Position numbers and translations under genes: made by a program. The notes under the pieces were generated by a model. That model searched no databases and was not told where the DNA came from. It worked only from the letters and a program-made list of their open reading frames with translations. Shown one piece after another: positions 1 through 8,209 of a stretch of 64,000 nucleotides of DNA. Positions within the stretch are counted from its first letter, which is position 1, and every line of letters starts with the position of its first letter. The stretch lies in the NCBI GenBank assembly GCA_002687715.1, contig NZBC01000036.1, positions 4,322 through 68,321 of the forward strand. Direction: 5' to 3'. The DNA comes from Planctomycetota bacterium. Lineage in GTDB: Bacteria > Planctomycetota > GCA-002687715.

Positions 1-423
1 CATGCGAAGCGCGATCTCGACGGGTCCGGCTTCCCGCATCACGACCGGGTGAACGAAGAACCAGCTCCCCGTGTGATCGGCGGACGAACGCATGAGCAGG
101 CGCCTGCTGAGATCACGCACGTCGCGGCCAACTCGCACGACCTGCAGCGGTCCGAGGCGTTCGCCAGGAGATTCGGCGCCGACGCGGGCCTTCATTCCGT
201 CGGCGATGCAGTAGAGCAGCACCCCCTCCCCCACCCTGGCCGAACGCGCCTGGATGCCCAGCCGCACCCGCACTCCGTCCCCGAGGTCGATGGGCGTCTG
301 CTCGAGCAGCTCCTCGAACGTCGCCACGACCGCGACGTCGGCGGATTCGACGGAGTCTGGGTGATTCGCACACCCCACCAGAACTACGAGCCCCAAGGCC
401 ACGACAAGAGGAAGCTTGATCAT
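1..423 (-). CDS. hypothetical lipoprotein (C-terminus outside window)
   Basis: ATG at 423-421 (minus) overlaps the stop of the upstream gene at 422-420 (ATGA). Frame stays open to the window edge. N-terminus MIKLPLVVALGLVVLVGC has a lipobox. It is absent from the ORF track because it has no stop inside the window. Confidence 0.4.
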   Translation of the reverse strand, partial: MIKLPLVVALGLVVLVGCANHPDSVESADVAVVATFEELLEQTPIDLGDGVRVRLGIQARSARVGEGVLLYCIADGMKARVGAESPGERLGPLQVVRVGRDVRDLSRRLLMRSSADHTGSWFFVHPVVMREAGPVEIALRM

Positions 424-821
424 CGCGCAAACCCTCCGAGGGCAGCCCCTCCGAACAAACAGGCCAGATACAGAAACGTCGCGGTGAACAGCCAGTTGAA
501 ACCCGAGTGACGCCGTTTCTCGTCCGCGTTGTAGTGCCACACCTGCATGACGAGCCGCAGCCCCCAGAACAGCGCAAGGAACCCGCTGATGGCGCGGCCG
601 ATTCCAGTCCCTGACGCCAACGCGTCCGCAAAGAAGATGCAGAGCAGCGCATACCCCGCGACCGCGAGCATCAGAAACGTGTGCTGCGCCCAGAACACGT
701 CACGGACCACGGGATCGACGCGCTCGAGGTTCTCGCGATAGCGGAACATCCTCTTCGCGAAGAAGTTCGCGGACAGGACTCCAAGCTGCGCGGCCGCAGC
801 GATCCAGAACAACTCCTGCAT
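420..821 (-). CDS. small hydrophobic membrane protein, unknown function
   Basis: 133-aa ORF with several hydrophobic segments (FLMLAVAGYALLCIFF, FLALFWGLRLVMQVW, FTATFLYLACLFGGAALG). Its stop overlaps the start of the downstream lipoprotein gene. Confidence 0.5.
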   Translation of the reverse strand: MQELFWIAAAAQLGVLSANFFAKRMFRYRENLERVDPVVRDVFWAQHTFLMLAVAGYALLCIFFADALASGTGIGRAISGFLALFWGLRLVMQVWHYNADEKRRHSGFNWLFTATFLYLACLFGGAALGGFAR

Positions 822-891
822 GCGATCATCCTAAGGAGTCGATCGCTCCACTCCCCGTGAGACGTCCCGGGTACGTGGCCGAAAGGGGGGC

Positions 892-1419
892 ATGAGCCCA
901 TTCGTCGCTTCGTGCACCGAGATCCTCCGCCGCACCCCGAGCGTGCTTCGCGCCCTCCTCGCGGACCTCCCGGACGACTGGACCACGGCCACCGAGAAGC
1001 GGGACGCATGGTCGCCCCACGTCATCGTCGCCCACCTGATCCAGGGCGAGGACACGGACTGGATTCCGCGGGCTCGGCTCATTCTCGAGCACGGCCCGAA
1101 CAGACCTTTCGAACCCTTCGATCGCCATGGCGAACTCAGTCGAATCGCGAACGACCCGCTCGCCCGCCTCCTCGACACCTTCGGCGAACGTCGCACCCGC
1201 AACCTCGAGATCCTGGAGAGCCTGCAGCTCACTGAAGATGACCTCGCCCGCGAAGGCGTCCATCCCGAGCTCGGCACCGTGACGCTCCGGAATCTCCTGG
1301 CGACCTGGTGCGCCCACGACCTCGCCCATCAGGCCCAGATGACGCGCACGATGGCGCGTCGGCTCGCCGAAGACGTCGGACCCTGGCGACACCCGGAGTA
1401 CATGGCCCACTTCACTTGA
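892..1419 (+). CDS. DinB/YfiT-like (DinB_2 superfamily) metal-dependent protein
   Basis: 175 aa. Histidine pattern (HVIVAHL ... HDLAH) and size are typical of the DinB_2 four-helix-bundle family. An AAAGGGGGG Shine-Dalgarno sits upstream. Confidence 0.7.
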   Translation: MSPFVASCTEILRRTPSVLRALLADLPDDWTTATEKRDAWSPHVIVAHLIQGEDTDWIPRARLILEHGPNRPFEPFDRHGELSRIANDPLARLLDTFGERRTRNLEILESLQLTEDDLAREGVHPELGTVTLRNLLATWCAHDLAHQAQMTRTMARRLAEDVGPWRHPEYMAHFT

Positions 1420-2440
1420 TCAGCTTGCGCGCGCGAAAGTGCCGCTCCCAGGCGTCGAGGTCCTTGCCATGGTCCTCCTTCGAGATCCGGCGGAACGCGG
1501 GGAGCACGTTCGCGGTCCAGTGCCGCGGGTTGGCGCGCGCGTAGCGAACGAGTCGCGGGAGCCCGTCGGGACGTCCAAACGCGGTCAGCGCAAACGCCGC
1601 ATACAGCGCGGCGCGCTCGTCGTCTCGGACGAGCAGCGCGGCGATCCGGTCAGCCGCATCCGCTGCGCCCATGGCCGCCAGCGTCTCGCACGCGAACACC
1701 CGGCCCTCCGTATCCTCCCCAGTCAGCAGCCCGACCAGGAGGGCGGTGAACCGCTTCGGCGCGAGGTCCTTCGCGAGGGGTCCGAAGAACGTGCCGCCGA
1801 TGTGCTCGACAAGGACCGGCTCGCGCCGGCGAATGAGCTCCTCCAGCTCCTCGACCGGACCGAGGATCCTCAGGAGCCACTCGGAGTCGGGTTGCGGCCC
1901 GGCGCGAACGAGCGACGACATGATGTCGCGGCGCCAATCCTCGAGCAGGTCGAGGGTCTCCTGCATCGTGCCCCGGGTCACGTTCTTCGCGTCGAAGGGC
2001 ACGGGTCGAATCGCGTTGCGGGCGACCAGCTCCCAGTTGCCGCCCGGCATCTTCTTGATCCATACGCGGACGCGGGTGTGCTCAGACGGCGGCACGAAGA
2101 GCTTCGCGCCGGGCGCCTGCGGATCTCGACGGGTCTGTCCGAAGCGGAGATAGATCACCTCACCGCGCTTGGGCCCCGAGCCGCGGTCGAGCTTCCGCAC
2201 GCCGAGCTCGATACAGAACCGCTCGTCGACGTAGTGCCCCGCAGGAGGCAGCGCGCGGACGCGCTCGTATACGTGGACGACTTGCCCGACGACGACATGA
2301 GAGGCGCGGCGATCCAGCTCCTCCCGCGTGACCTCCCTCGGGAACATCCGCTGCCCGAAGGCCGGGAGGGCGAGCCCGGCGAGGAACACCACCCACATGC
2401 TCGACTCGATGAACTTCCGCCTCATGGGGATTCTCCGCAT
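1412..2440 (-). CDS. HEAT-repeat (PBS-lyase-like) secreted protein
   Basis: Start re-assigned to the internal Met (MRRIPMRRKFIESSMWVVFLAGLALPAFG, signal-peptide-like). The C-terminal half has repeated LL..D....R..AA.AL..G HEAT-like units. Convergent with the DinB-like gene. Confidence 0.55.
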   Translation of the reverse strand: MRRIPMRRKFIESSMWVVFLAGLALPAFGQRMFPREVTREELDRRASHVVVGQVVHVYERVRALPPAGHYVDERFCIELGVRKLDRGSGPKRGEVIYLRFGQTRRDPQAPGAKLFVPPSEHTRVRVWIKKMPGGNWELVARNAIRPVPFDAKNVTRGTMQETLDLLEDWRRDIMSSLVRAGPQPDSEWLLRILGPVEELEELIRRREPVLVEHIGGTFFGPLAKDLAPKRFTALLVGLLTGEDTEGRVFACETLAAMGAADAADRIAALLVRDDERAALYAAFALTAFGRPDGLPRLVRYARANPRHWTANVLPAFRRISKEDHGKDLDAWERHFRARKLIK

Positions 2441-2548
2441 GGTTCGACTCCCGACGCGCACGTGGCCACGATCAATCGGACCGTGGTCTCCGCATGATAC
2501 GAGCGCCGTTCCCGACCTGCTCATCCGACTCGAGATCGATACCTTCCC

Positions 2549-4651
2549 GTGACACGAGTCCATAGAATGCCCGCTATGGGACGCGTCGCCGTGATCTTCC
2601 TCTTGCTCATCGGAACCCAATCGCCGAGCCAGACGGTCCGGGCCAGCAAGCTACGAGCGTTGTTCAAGATCCCGGTCAAGGAGCTGAAGGCGGACGGGTA
2701 TCTCGCTGCGACGTGGCGGTTTGCGAAGGTCGAGGAGATGCGGGCTTTCCAGGAAGAGGAAGGGCTCGAGCTGACCTCGGATTCGGGCGTGATGATCCAG
2801 AAGAACGCCGCACTCGCGTGGCGGGAGCTGTTCTTCGAGGGCGACCTCACGATGTCATTCGAGGTGTGGGCGGCGTCTGAAGACGGTGAGCTGCGAGTGA
2901 TCCTCGGCGCACCCGGCGACCGCGTAAACGGCGTGCTCGCGTTCTTCAACGGCACGATCGGTGACGAGAAAGGACGCCACTGCGCAGCGGTCAAGGTCGT
3001 CAACGGCGAACCGGGCGAGATCCGGGGCGCGCTCACGGTCGATCTCAAACCGCGGACGTGGCACCGGATCGGGTTCGAGGTGAAGGCCGGCACGCTGACC
3101 CTGATCGCGAACGGCAAGCGGATCACCGCACGCGGGGTGAAGGTCCCGCGCACCTTCGCCACGACGCTGTACCCGGCAGCGAACCGCGTCCACGTCCGAG
3201 ACCTCGAGATCGCCGGCCATGTGAACCTCGCGTCGTTGCGCAAGCTCGTGGGTGGCGCCAAGGCGGCCTCACGATCCCACCCCAGGAATCGCGGTGGCGG
3301 GGCACTCGCCGCGCTGCGCAACGAGGAACGTCGCGCTGTCCTCGACGAGATCCTCAAGGTCCGCAAGCGCTCCGAACCCCGCGACCCCGGCGCGGCCGAG
3401 CGACAGATCCGCGAGCGCAACCTCGCCGTCGGGCTCATCAACCGCGCCACGAAGGCCTGGCGCGACGACCACTTCGACGTCGCGATCGCCGAGCTGACCA
3501 AGGCCGACGCCAACTGGTTCCACCCCGGGGCGATCGCCTACCTCAAGGGGATCATCCAGTTCGATGCCCGGGAGCTCGACCACGCACTGGAATCCCTCGG
3601 CGAGGCCGCCAAGGCCCGCAAGAAGTATGTACCCGCCTTACGTGCGATGGCGTTGGTCCACATCGAACGCGAGGACTACGACCGCGCGGAACGCGTCCTG
3701 GCCAAGGCCCGGTCGATGGAGCGCAAGAACGGCTACACGATGGCGTTCCTCGCCCTCGCGCAAATGGCGAGAGGCAAACTCCCGCAGGCCCAGACCTCGC
3801 TCCGCATCGCCAAGGACCAGATGCCGTCATCCGACGGCGTGAAGCTCCTGCTCACCCACGTGCAGCGCCTGCGCTCGCGGCCCCGATGGTCTGCCGTCCA
3901 CAAGAAGTCCAACCGCTGGTACGCCGTCGAGACCAACGTCGGCGGTGGGGTGGCAGCCGACATCGCCCAGGACCTCGAACGCTACCGCACCTTCCTCGAG
4001 CAGGCCCTCCCCCTCGGCATCAAGCAACGCAGGCCCGTCCGCGTCTGGGTCTTCGACTCCCAGGATGAGTACCTCTCCTTTACCGAGGTCCTCATCCGCC
4101 GCGCCGAGAGCTCGCTCGGGTGTTACGTCCCCGCCATCAAGACCTTCCTCTTCTTCCACACGCTGGACGAGGAGAAGAACCGCGAAGTCCTGTACCACGA
4201 AGCGTTCCACCACTACCTCCACCAGAAGACCAGACGTCCCCCGATCTGGCTCGATGAAGGTCTCGCCGAGTACTACGGCGGCACGACCTTCACCTCGGAC
4301 GGCCGCGCCACTCCCGGCGCCATCCACCACAACCGTCTCATCGACTTGAAGGACTGGCTCGCCAAGAACCGCGCGATCCCCCTGAAGGCCCTCATGCACA
4401 TGGCCCCGGCCACCTTCATGAGCCCCGAAACCGCCGCCGTCCACTACGCCACATCCTGGGCCTTCGTCCACTGGATCAAGCACGCCGCCCCCGCCGACGC
4501 CAAGAAGACGTTCGACACCTACGTCACGTCCGTGCTCCGCAAGAAGCCCGCGACGGCTGCGTGGTCCGCGTCGTTCGCGAAGCTGGACGTCGGCAAGCTG
4601 GATGAACAGCTCCGCGCGTACGTGACGGGAGTGTTGTTCAAGAAGCTGTAG
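2549..4651 (+). CDS. secreted DUF1570-like protein with HExxH motif (putative metallopeptidase) and TPR-like helical region
   Basis: 700 aa. N-terminal signal peptide (VAVIFLLLIGTQSPSQ). Central helical/TPR-like segment. C-terminal HEAFHHYLHQ motif (HExxH) followed by conserved WLDEGLAEYYGG, resembling DUF1570 proteins of Planctomycetes. Confidence 0.55.
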   Translation: MTRVHRMPAMGRVAVIFLLLIGTQSPSQTVRASKLRALFKIPVKELKADGYLAATWRFAKVEEMRAFQEEEGLELTSDSGVMIQKNAALAWRELFFEGDLTMSFEVWAASEDGELRVILGAPGDRVNGVLAFFNGTIGDEKGRHCAAVKVVNGEPGEIRGALTVDLKPRTWHRIGFEVKAGTLTLIANGKRITARGVKVPRTFATTLYPAANRVHVRDLEIAGHVNLASLRKLVGGAKAASRSHPRNRGGGALAALRNEERRAVLDEILKVRKRSEPRDPGAAERQIRERNLAVGLINRATKAWRDDHFDVAIAELTKADANWFHPGAIAYLKGIIQFDARELDHALESLGEAAKARKKYVPALRAMALVHIEREDYDRAERVLAKARSMERKNGYTMAFLALAQMARGKLPQAQTSLRIAKDQMPSSDGVKLLLTHVQRLRSRPRWSAVHKKSNRWYAVETNVGGGVAADIAQDLERYRTFLEQALPLGIKQRRPVRVWVFDSQDEYLSFTEVLIRRAESSLGCYVPAIKTFLFFHTLDEEKNREVLYHEAFHHYLHQKTRRPPIWLDEGLAEYYGGTTFTSDGRATPGAIHHNRLIDLKDWLAKNRAIPLKALMHMAPATFMSPETAAVHYATSWAFVHWIKHAAPADAKKTFDTYVTSVLRKKPATAAWSASFAKLDVGKLDEQLRAYVTGVLFKKL

Positions 4652-4787
4652 AAGCGCCGGACGAATGGCAGCCCGACCTCCGACCTCGAAGTCGACTCTC
4701 CCGGGAGCGCGAACCTCCACGTCCGCTCCGGCTGCGGAAGTGGGGATCGCAGTGAGTTGCCCCTCCGAACTTGCGAAGCACCGCCGA

Positions 4788-5255
4788 TCAGTCGGCGTCT
4801 TCTTCCGGAGCGACGCGCCAGCGCATGTACAACCGTCGGACCTCAGGGATGCAGCACTGACCCGAGGGCGTCTTCGTGAGGCATGCCGCTGCCGGCGATT
4901 CGGACTTCTCGATCAAGCTGCGCAAGCGAGTGGGGTCGTTGTTGCGGGCGTCGGTTTCGATGTCGTCCGCGGTCATGCCGAAGCAGGGACAGACGGGCGA
5001 CTCGGGGTGCTTGGGCCAGACGGGGTGCCGCAACACGGTGATGGGGATGGAGGTGCCCCACGCGTCGAACCACGCGACCTCGCAGGTCGCGCTCGTGCAC
5101 CAATACGCTTCGTGGGCGAGGGAAGCGCGGAGGTCTTCGGTGAGCCAGGCCACGAGGGTCTCGTCGGAGACGGGTTCGCCGGTGCCGCCGCAGCCCTCGG
5201 GAGCGGGACAGGTGGGTTCGAGGGGTTCGGGGTCCTTGACGAAGGCCTTGTTCAT
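4788..5255 (-). CDS. cysteine-rich putative metal/Fe-S binding protein
   Basis: Start moved to MNKAFVKDPEP (ATG 5255-5253), which overlaps the DUF3501 stop (ATGA). Multiple Cys motifs (CPAPEGCGG, CTSATC, CPCFGMTADDIE as in BFD-like 2Fe-2S domains, CC). It is the last gene of the rubrerythrin/Fe-S operon. Confidence 0.45.
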   Translation of the reverse strand: MNKAFVKDPEPLEPTCPAPEGCGGTGEPVSDETLVAWLTEDLRASLAHEAYWCTSATCEVAWFDAWGTSIPITVLRHPVWPKHPESPVCPCFGMTADDIETDARNNDPTRLRSLIEKSESPAAACLTKTPSGQCCIPEVRRLYMRWRVAPEEDAD

Positions 5256-5814
5256 GAAACGGCTTCGATGTCCTCGGTGAGGGCAACTCGCGTGTCCTCG
5301 GAGAGCTGGGTCTCGGCCGTCACCACCGGGTGGTCGCAGCCGAGCGCGACCGGTACCCGTCCGCCGACCGGGAACTGGAGGAACTGGACCGAGGAGAGAC
5401 GGTCGTCGCCGACCTGGCGGTCGTCCCACGTGGCGCGAACGACGGCCCCGTCATCGAGCTTGACGTACAGATGGGCGCAGAGGCCGAACCAGGTGCGGAG
5501 CTTCACGTCGCGTTCTTCGGGATCGCGGATACCGATCATGAGCGTGCACCCGAGACCGCCGTCCTTCCCGAGAAGCTCGTTATAGGTGTCGAGCTCGTGC
5601 TGGATGTCCGACTCCTTGACTAACTGCTCGGTGCGGACCATCTCGAGGACCTGGTAGCGGACGGTCTCGTGGGACTCGAAGAGGAAGGTGAGGACGTCGG
5701 CGACGATGACCCGGCGGCGCTCCTTTGCAGCCATCGCGGAGTCGCGGATCTGGTCACGCTTCTCGCCATAGGTAACGAAGTCGAGGATCTCGTCGCGATG
5801 CACCGTACTCATGT
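5252..5814 (-). CDS. DUF3501 family protein
   Basis: Start re-assigned to MSTVHRDEILDFV (ATG 5814-5812), overlapping the stop of the upstream Fe-S gene. Sequence matches the DUF3501 family that is habitually encoded next to HdrD-like CCG Fe-S proteins. Confidence 0.65.
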
Positions 5815-7167
5815 CTTCTCCTCCTCGGCCTTCACTGACCTGGGGAAGCCGTCTTCCCGATAGGCGCGCGCGAGGACGGTCATGGGGTGGAGCGGTTTCT
5901 TGTCTGCGTGCTGCTGGAACTGGAGCGCAGCGAGCGGGCAGTCGGTTGCCCAGACCTCGGCCTCGGCCTGCTTCATGCCGTCGAACGCCTTGCGGCCGAT
6001 GCGCCGCGACGGCTCGAATCCCTCGACCTTCATGGCATAGGTCCCGTCGTGGCCACAACATTCCATGGTCATGCGGGGTTTCACTCCCGGGATCTTGCGC
6101 AACAGGTCACGACCCCGGAAACCGACGCCCTGCGCTCGGAGATGGCACGGGGCATGGTACGCGACCGCATCGCCGGGAGTGCTCTTGAAGTCGGTGTTGA
6201 AGCGGTCCTCGTCTCGGATCGACCACAGCTTCTCGCTCGGGTCGCGGATCGCATCGGCGACCTTCTTCGCGCGTTCGCGGTCTTCTTCCGCCACCAGCTG
6301 GGGATACTCGCGGCGCAGCATCATGCTGCAGGTCGGGTTGATGGCGATCACCTCCGCCCCCGCGTCGACGTAGGGTTCGAGGATGTCCAGGTTGGTCTTT
6401 GCCTGCTTCTGCAAGCCGGCGAGATCGCCCGACTCCCAGGCCGGCATGCCGCAGCACGCAAGCCCCGCGGTGCAACGAACGTCGACCTGGTTCTTCTCCA
6501 GGACTTCGAGCGTATCGCGGCCGATCTGCGGCTCGTTGTTCTGTACGTAGCAGGTCGGAAAGAGGACCGCCTCTCCACCGGCTTCCTCGTTGATCTTGCC
6601 AGCTTGCGACGCCCATTTCTCGAACGTGGTGCCCGCGAAGTCCGGAAGGAGCTTGTCGCGGTGAATACCGACCAGCTTCTCCATGAACCACCGGTGGAGC
6701 CCGACGCGATTCATGACGTTCGCGAGACCGAAGCTGCTCCGCGCGAGCTTCGCGGCCCGGTCCGGGTCGCCGAGTACCCGGGCGCTGAGCGAGATGCCAT
6801 CACGCTTCGCGCGCTGCGCCTGATAGCGGTGCACGAGCTTCGGGAAGTCGAGCTGGAATTCGTGGCCGTCGCGTTCGGTGTACGGGCACTGGACCTCACA
6901 GAGCTTGCACTGGAAGCACTGGTCCATGACCTGGTCCGTTTCCTCGGTCGTCACCTTGCGAACGTCCCCGTCGTGGCGATCGTCGATGAACGAGAAGAGG
7001 CTCGGGAAGCTGTCGCAGTACTTGAAGCACATGCGGCAGCCATGACAGACCTCGAACACGCGCGTCACCTCCTTCTGGAGCGCGGTCGCTTCCCAGTAGC
7101 GCGGTTCCACCGGGTCGTACGACAACCCGTCGGTTGGCTGGTAGGAGATCGCCTTTTCGTTGCTCAC
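5809..7167 (-). CDS. heterodisulfide-reductase-related (Fe-S)-binding protein with CCG domains (GlpC/LutA/HdrD-like)
   Basis: 452 aa. Two ferredoxin-type Cys clusters (CHGCRMCFKYC, CFQCKLCEVQC) and C-terminal CCG motifs (ACCGMPAW ..., CPLAALQ). Gene neighbourhood with DUF3501 and rubrerythrin. Confidence 0.8.
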   Translation of the reverse strand: MSNEKAISYQPTDGLSYDPVEPRYWEATALQKEVTRVFEVCHGCRMCFKYCDSFPSLFSFIDDRHDGDVRKVTTEETDQVMDQCFQCKLCEVQCPYTERDGHEFQLDFPKLVHRYQAQRAKRDGISLSARVLGDPDRAAKLARSSFGLANVMNRVGLHRWFMEKLVGIHRDKLLPDFAGTTFEKWASQAGKINEEAGGEAVLFPTCYVQNNEPQIGRDTLEVLEKNQVDVRCTAGLACCGMPAWESGDLAGLQKQAKTNLDILEPYVDAGAEVIAINPTCSMMLRREYPQLVAEEDRERAKKVADAIRDPSEKLWSIRDEDRFNTDFKSTPGDAVAYHAPCHLRAQGVGFRGRDLLRKIPGVKPRMTMECCGHDGTYAMKVEGFEPSRRIGRKAFDGMKQAEAEVWATDCPLAALQFQQHADKKPLHPMTVLARAYREDGFPRSVKAEEEKT

Positions 7168-7186
7168 TGAGACTCTCCGGACGGAC

Positions 7187-7225
7187 GAGGGGCGCCGGAC
7201 GTGGTGCTCACTTCCGGCGCCCCTC
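7187..7225 (-). other. perfect 13-bp inverted repeat (GAGGGGCGCCGGA / TCCGGCGCCCCTC, 13-nt loop) between rubrerythrin and the Fe-S gene
   Basis: Read directly from the sequence. It is a strong GC hairpin in the 98-nt intercistronic gap with no clear U-tract. Candidate partial terminator or processing site giving differential expression within the operon. Confidence 0.4.
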
Positions 7226-7265
7226 GATTCGGACTAGCGTACGCACCGCGGTACGCGTTCGATGG

Positions 7266-7685
7266 TCAGCTGACGGAGTCGAGCAGCTGCTGGAAGCGAC
7301 CGGCGTGCGACTTCTCCGCCTTCGCGAGCGTCTCGAACCAGTCGGCGATCTCGCCGAAGCCCTCTTCGCGCGCGGTGGCGGCCATGCCCGGGTACATGTC
7401 GGTGTACTCGTGGGTCTCACCAGCCACGGCCGCCGCGAGGTTCAGCTGCGTGTCGCCGATCGGGAGGTCCGTCGCCGGATCGCCGACCACCTTCAGGTAG
7501 TCGAGGTGGCCGTGCGCGTGGCCGGTCTCGCCCTCCGCGGTCTCCCGGAAGTTCGAAGCGATCTCCGGGTAGCCCTCGATGTCCGCGACCTTGGCGAAGT
7601 AGAGGTAGCGCCGGTTGGCCTGGGACTCTCCTGCAAACGCAGCCTTGAGGTTGTTGTGGGTCTCGGTGCCGTTCAGATCAGCCAT
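7266..7685 (-). CDS. rbr: rubrerythrin-family ferritin-like protein (no rubredoxin domain)
   Basis: 139 aa. Ferritin-like di-iron E...ExxH motifs ([37 protein letters not shown]) typical of rubrerythrin/symerythrin. Confidence 0.85.
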   Translation of the reverse strand: MADLNGTETHNNLKAAFAGESQANRRYLYFAKVADIEGYPEIASNFRETAEGETGHAHGHLDYLKVVGDPATDLPIGDTQLNLAAAVAGETHEYTDMYPGMAATAREEGFGEIADWFETLAKAEKSHAGRFQQLLDSVS

Positions 7686-7703
7686 GACTCAGTGTTTTCC
7701 AGT

Positions 7704-8159
7704 TCATCGAAGGTCGTCCTGGCAGTCCTCGCACGTGCCGATCACCTGGACCGACACCTTTTCCGGCGCGAAGCCGTCCAGGTTCCGGGGCAAACGGAGG
7801 CGGGAGAGCCCCGCATCCGTGAAGTCCGTGATGCTATCGCAGGACCCGCACACCAGGTGGTGGTGCGGCTCGAGATTCGCGTCGTAGCGGTGGGTGCTGC
7901 CATCGTTGGCGACGCGGGCGATGAGTCCGAGCTCGACGAGACAGTCGAAGGTCTTGTACACGGTCGCGAGCGAGAGGCTCGGCATGTCCGCGCGGACCTC
8001 GTGGAAGACCTCGTCGGGGGTGGGGTGCGCGCACGATCCCGCGACCGCTCGGTACACCGCAATGCGCTGCGGCGTGACCTTCATCCCCGACTCACGGCAG
8101 TGCGCAGTCAGCCGCTCGAGGACGTCGTCTGGTGGGGTCCGGGGTCTCATCGCGGGCAT
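7704..8159 (-). CDS. perR: Fur-family transcriptional regulator, likely PerR
   Basis: 151 aa. Fur-family HTH (SLATVYKTFDCLVELGLI) plus HHHLVCGSC and CEDC structural Zn site. It sits directly upstream of rubrerythrin, a classic PerR regulon arrangement. Confidence 0.8.
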   Translation of the reverse strand: MPAMRPRTPPDDVLERLTAHCRESGMKVTPQRIAVYRAVAGSCAHPTPDEVFHEVRADMPSLSLATVYKTFDCLVELGLIARVANDGSTHRYDANLEPHHHLVCGSCDSITDFTDAGLSRLRLPRNLDGFAPEKVSVQVIGTCEDCQDDLR

Positions 8160-8209
8160 GATACCGTCTCCGGAGATTCTATCAACGGAGAATTTTTCTT
8201 AATCTTGAC

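Noticed and set aside
8160-8209. Fur/PerR box in the AT-rich promoter island upstream of the Fur-family gene
   Set aside because: It is only a 5-6-bp imperfect dyad (AGATTCT-N10-AGAATTT). It does not match the 7-1-7 PerR or 19-bp Fur consensus well enough to annotate as a feature.
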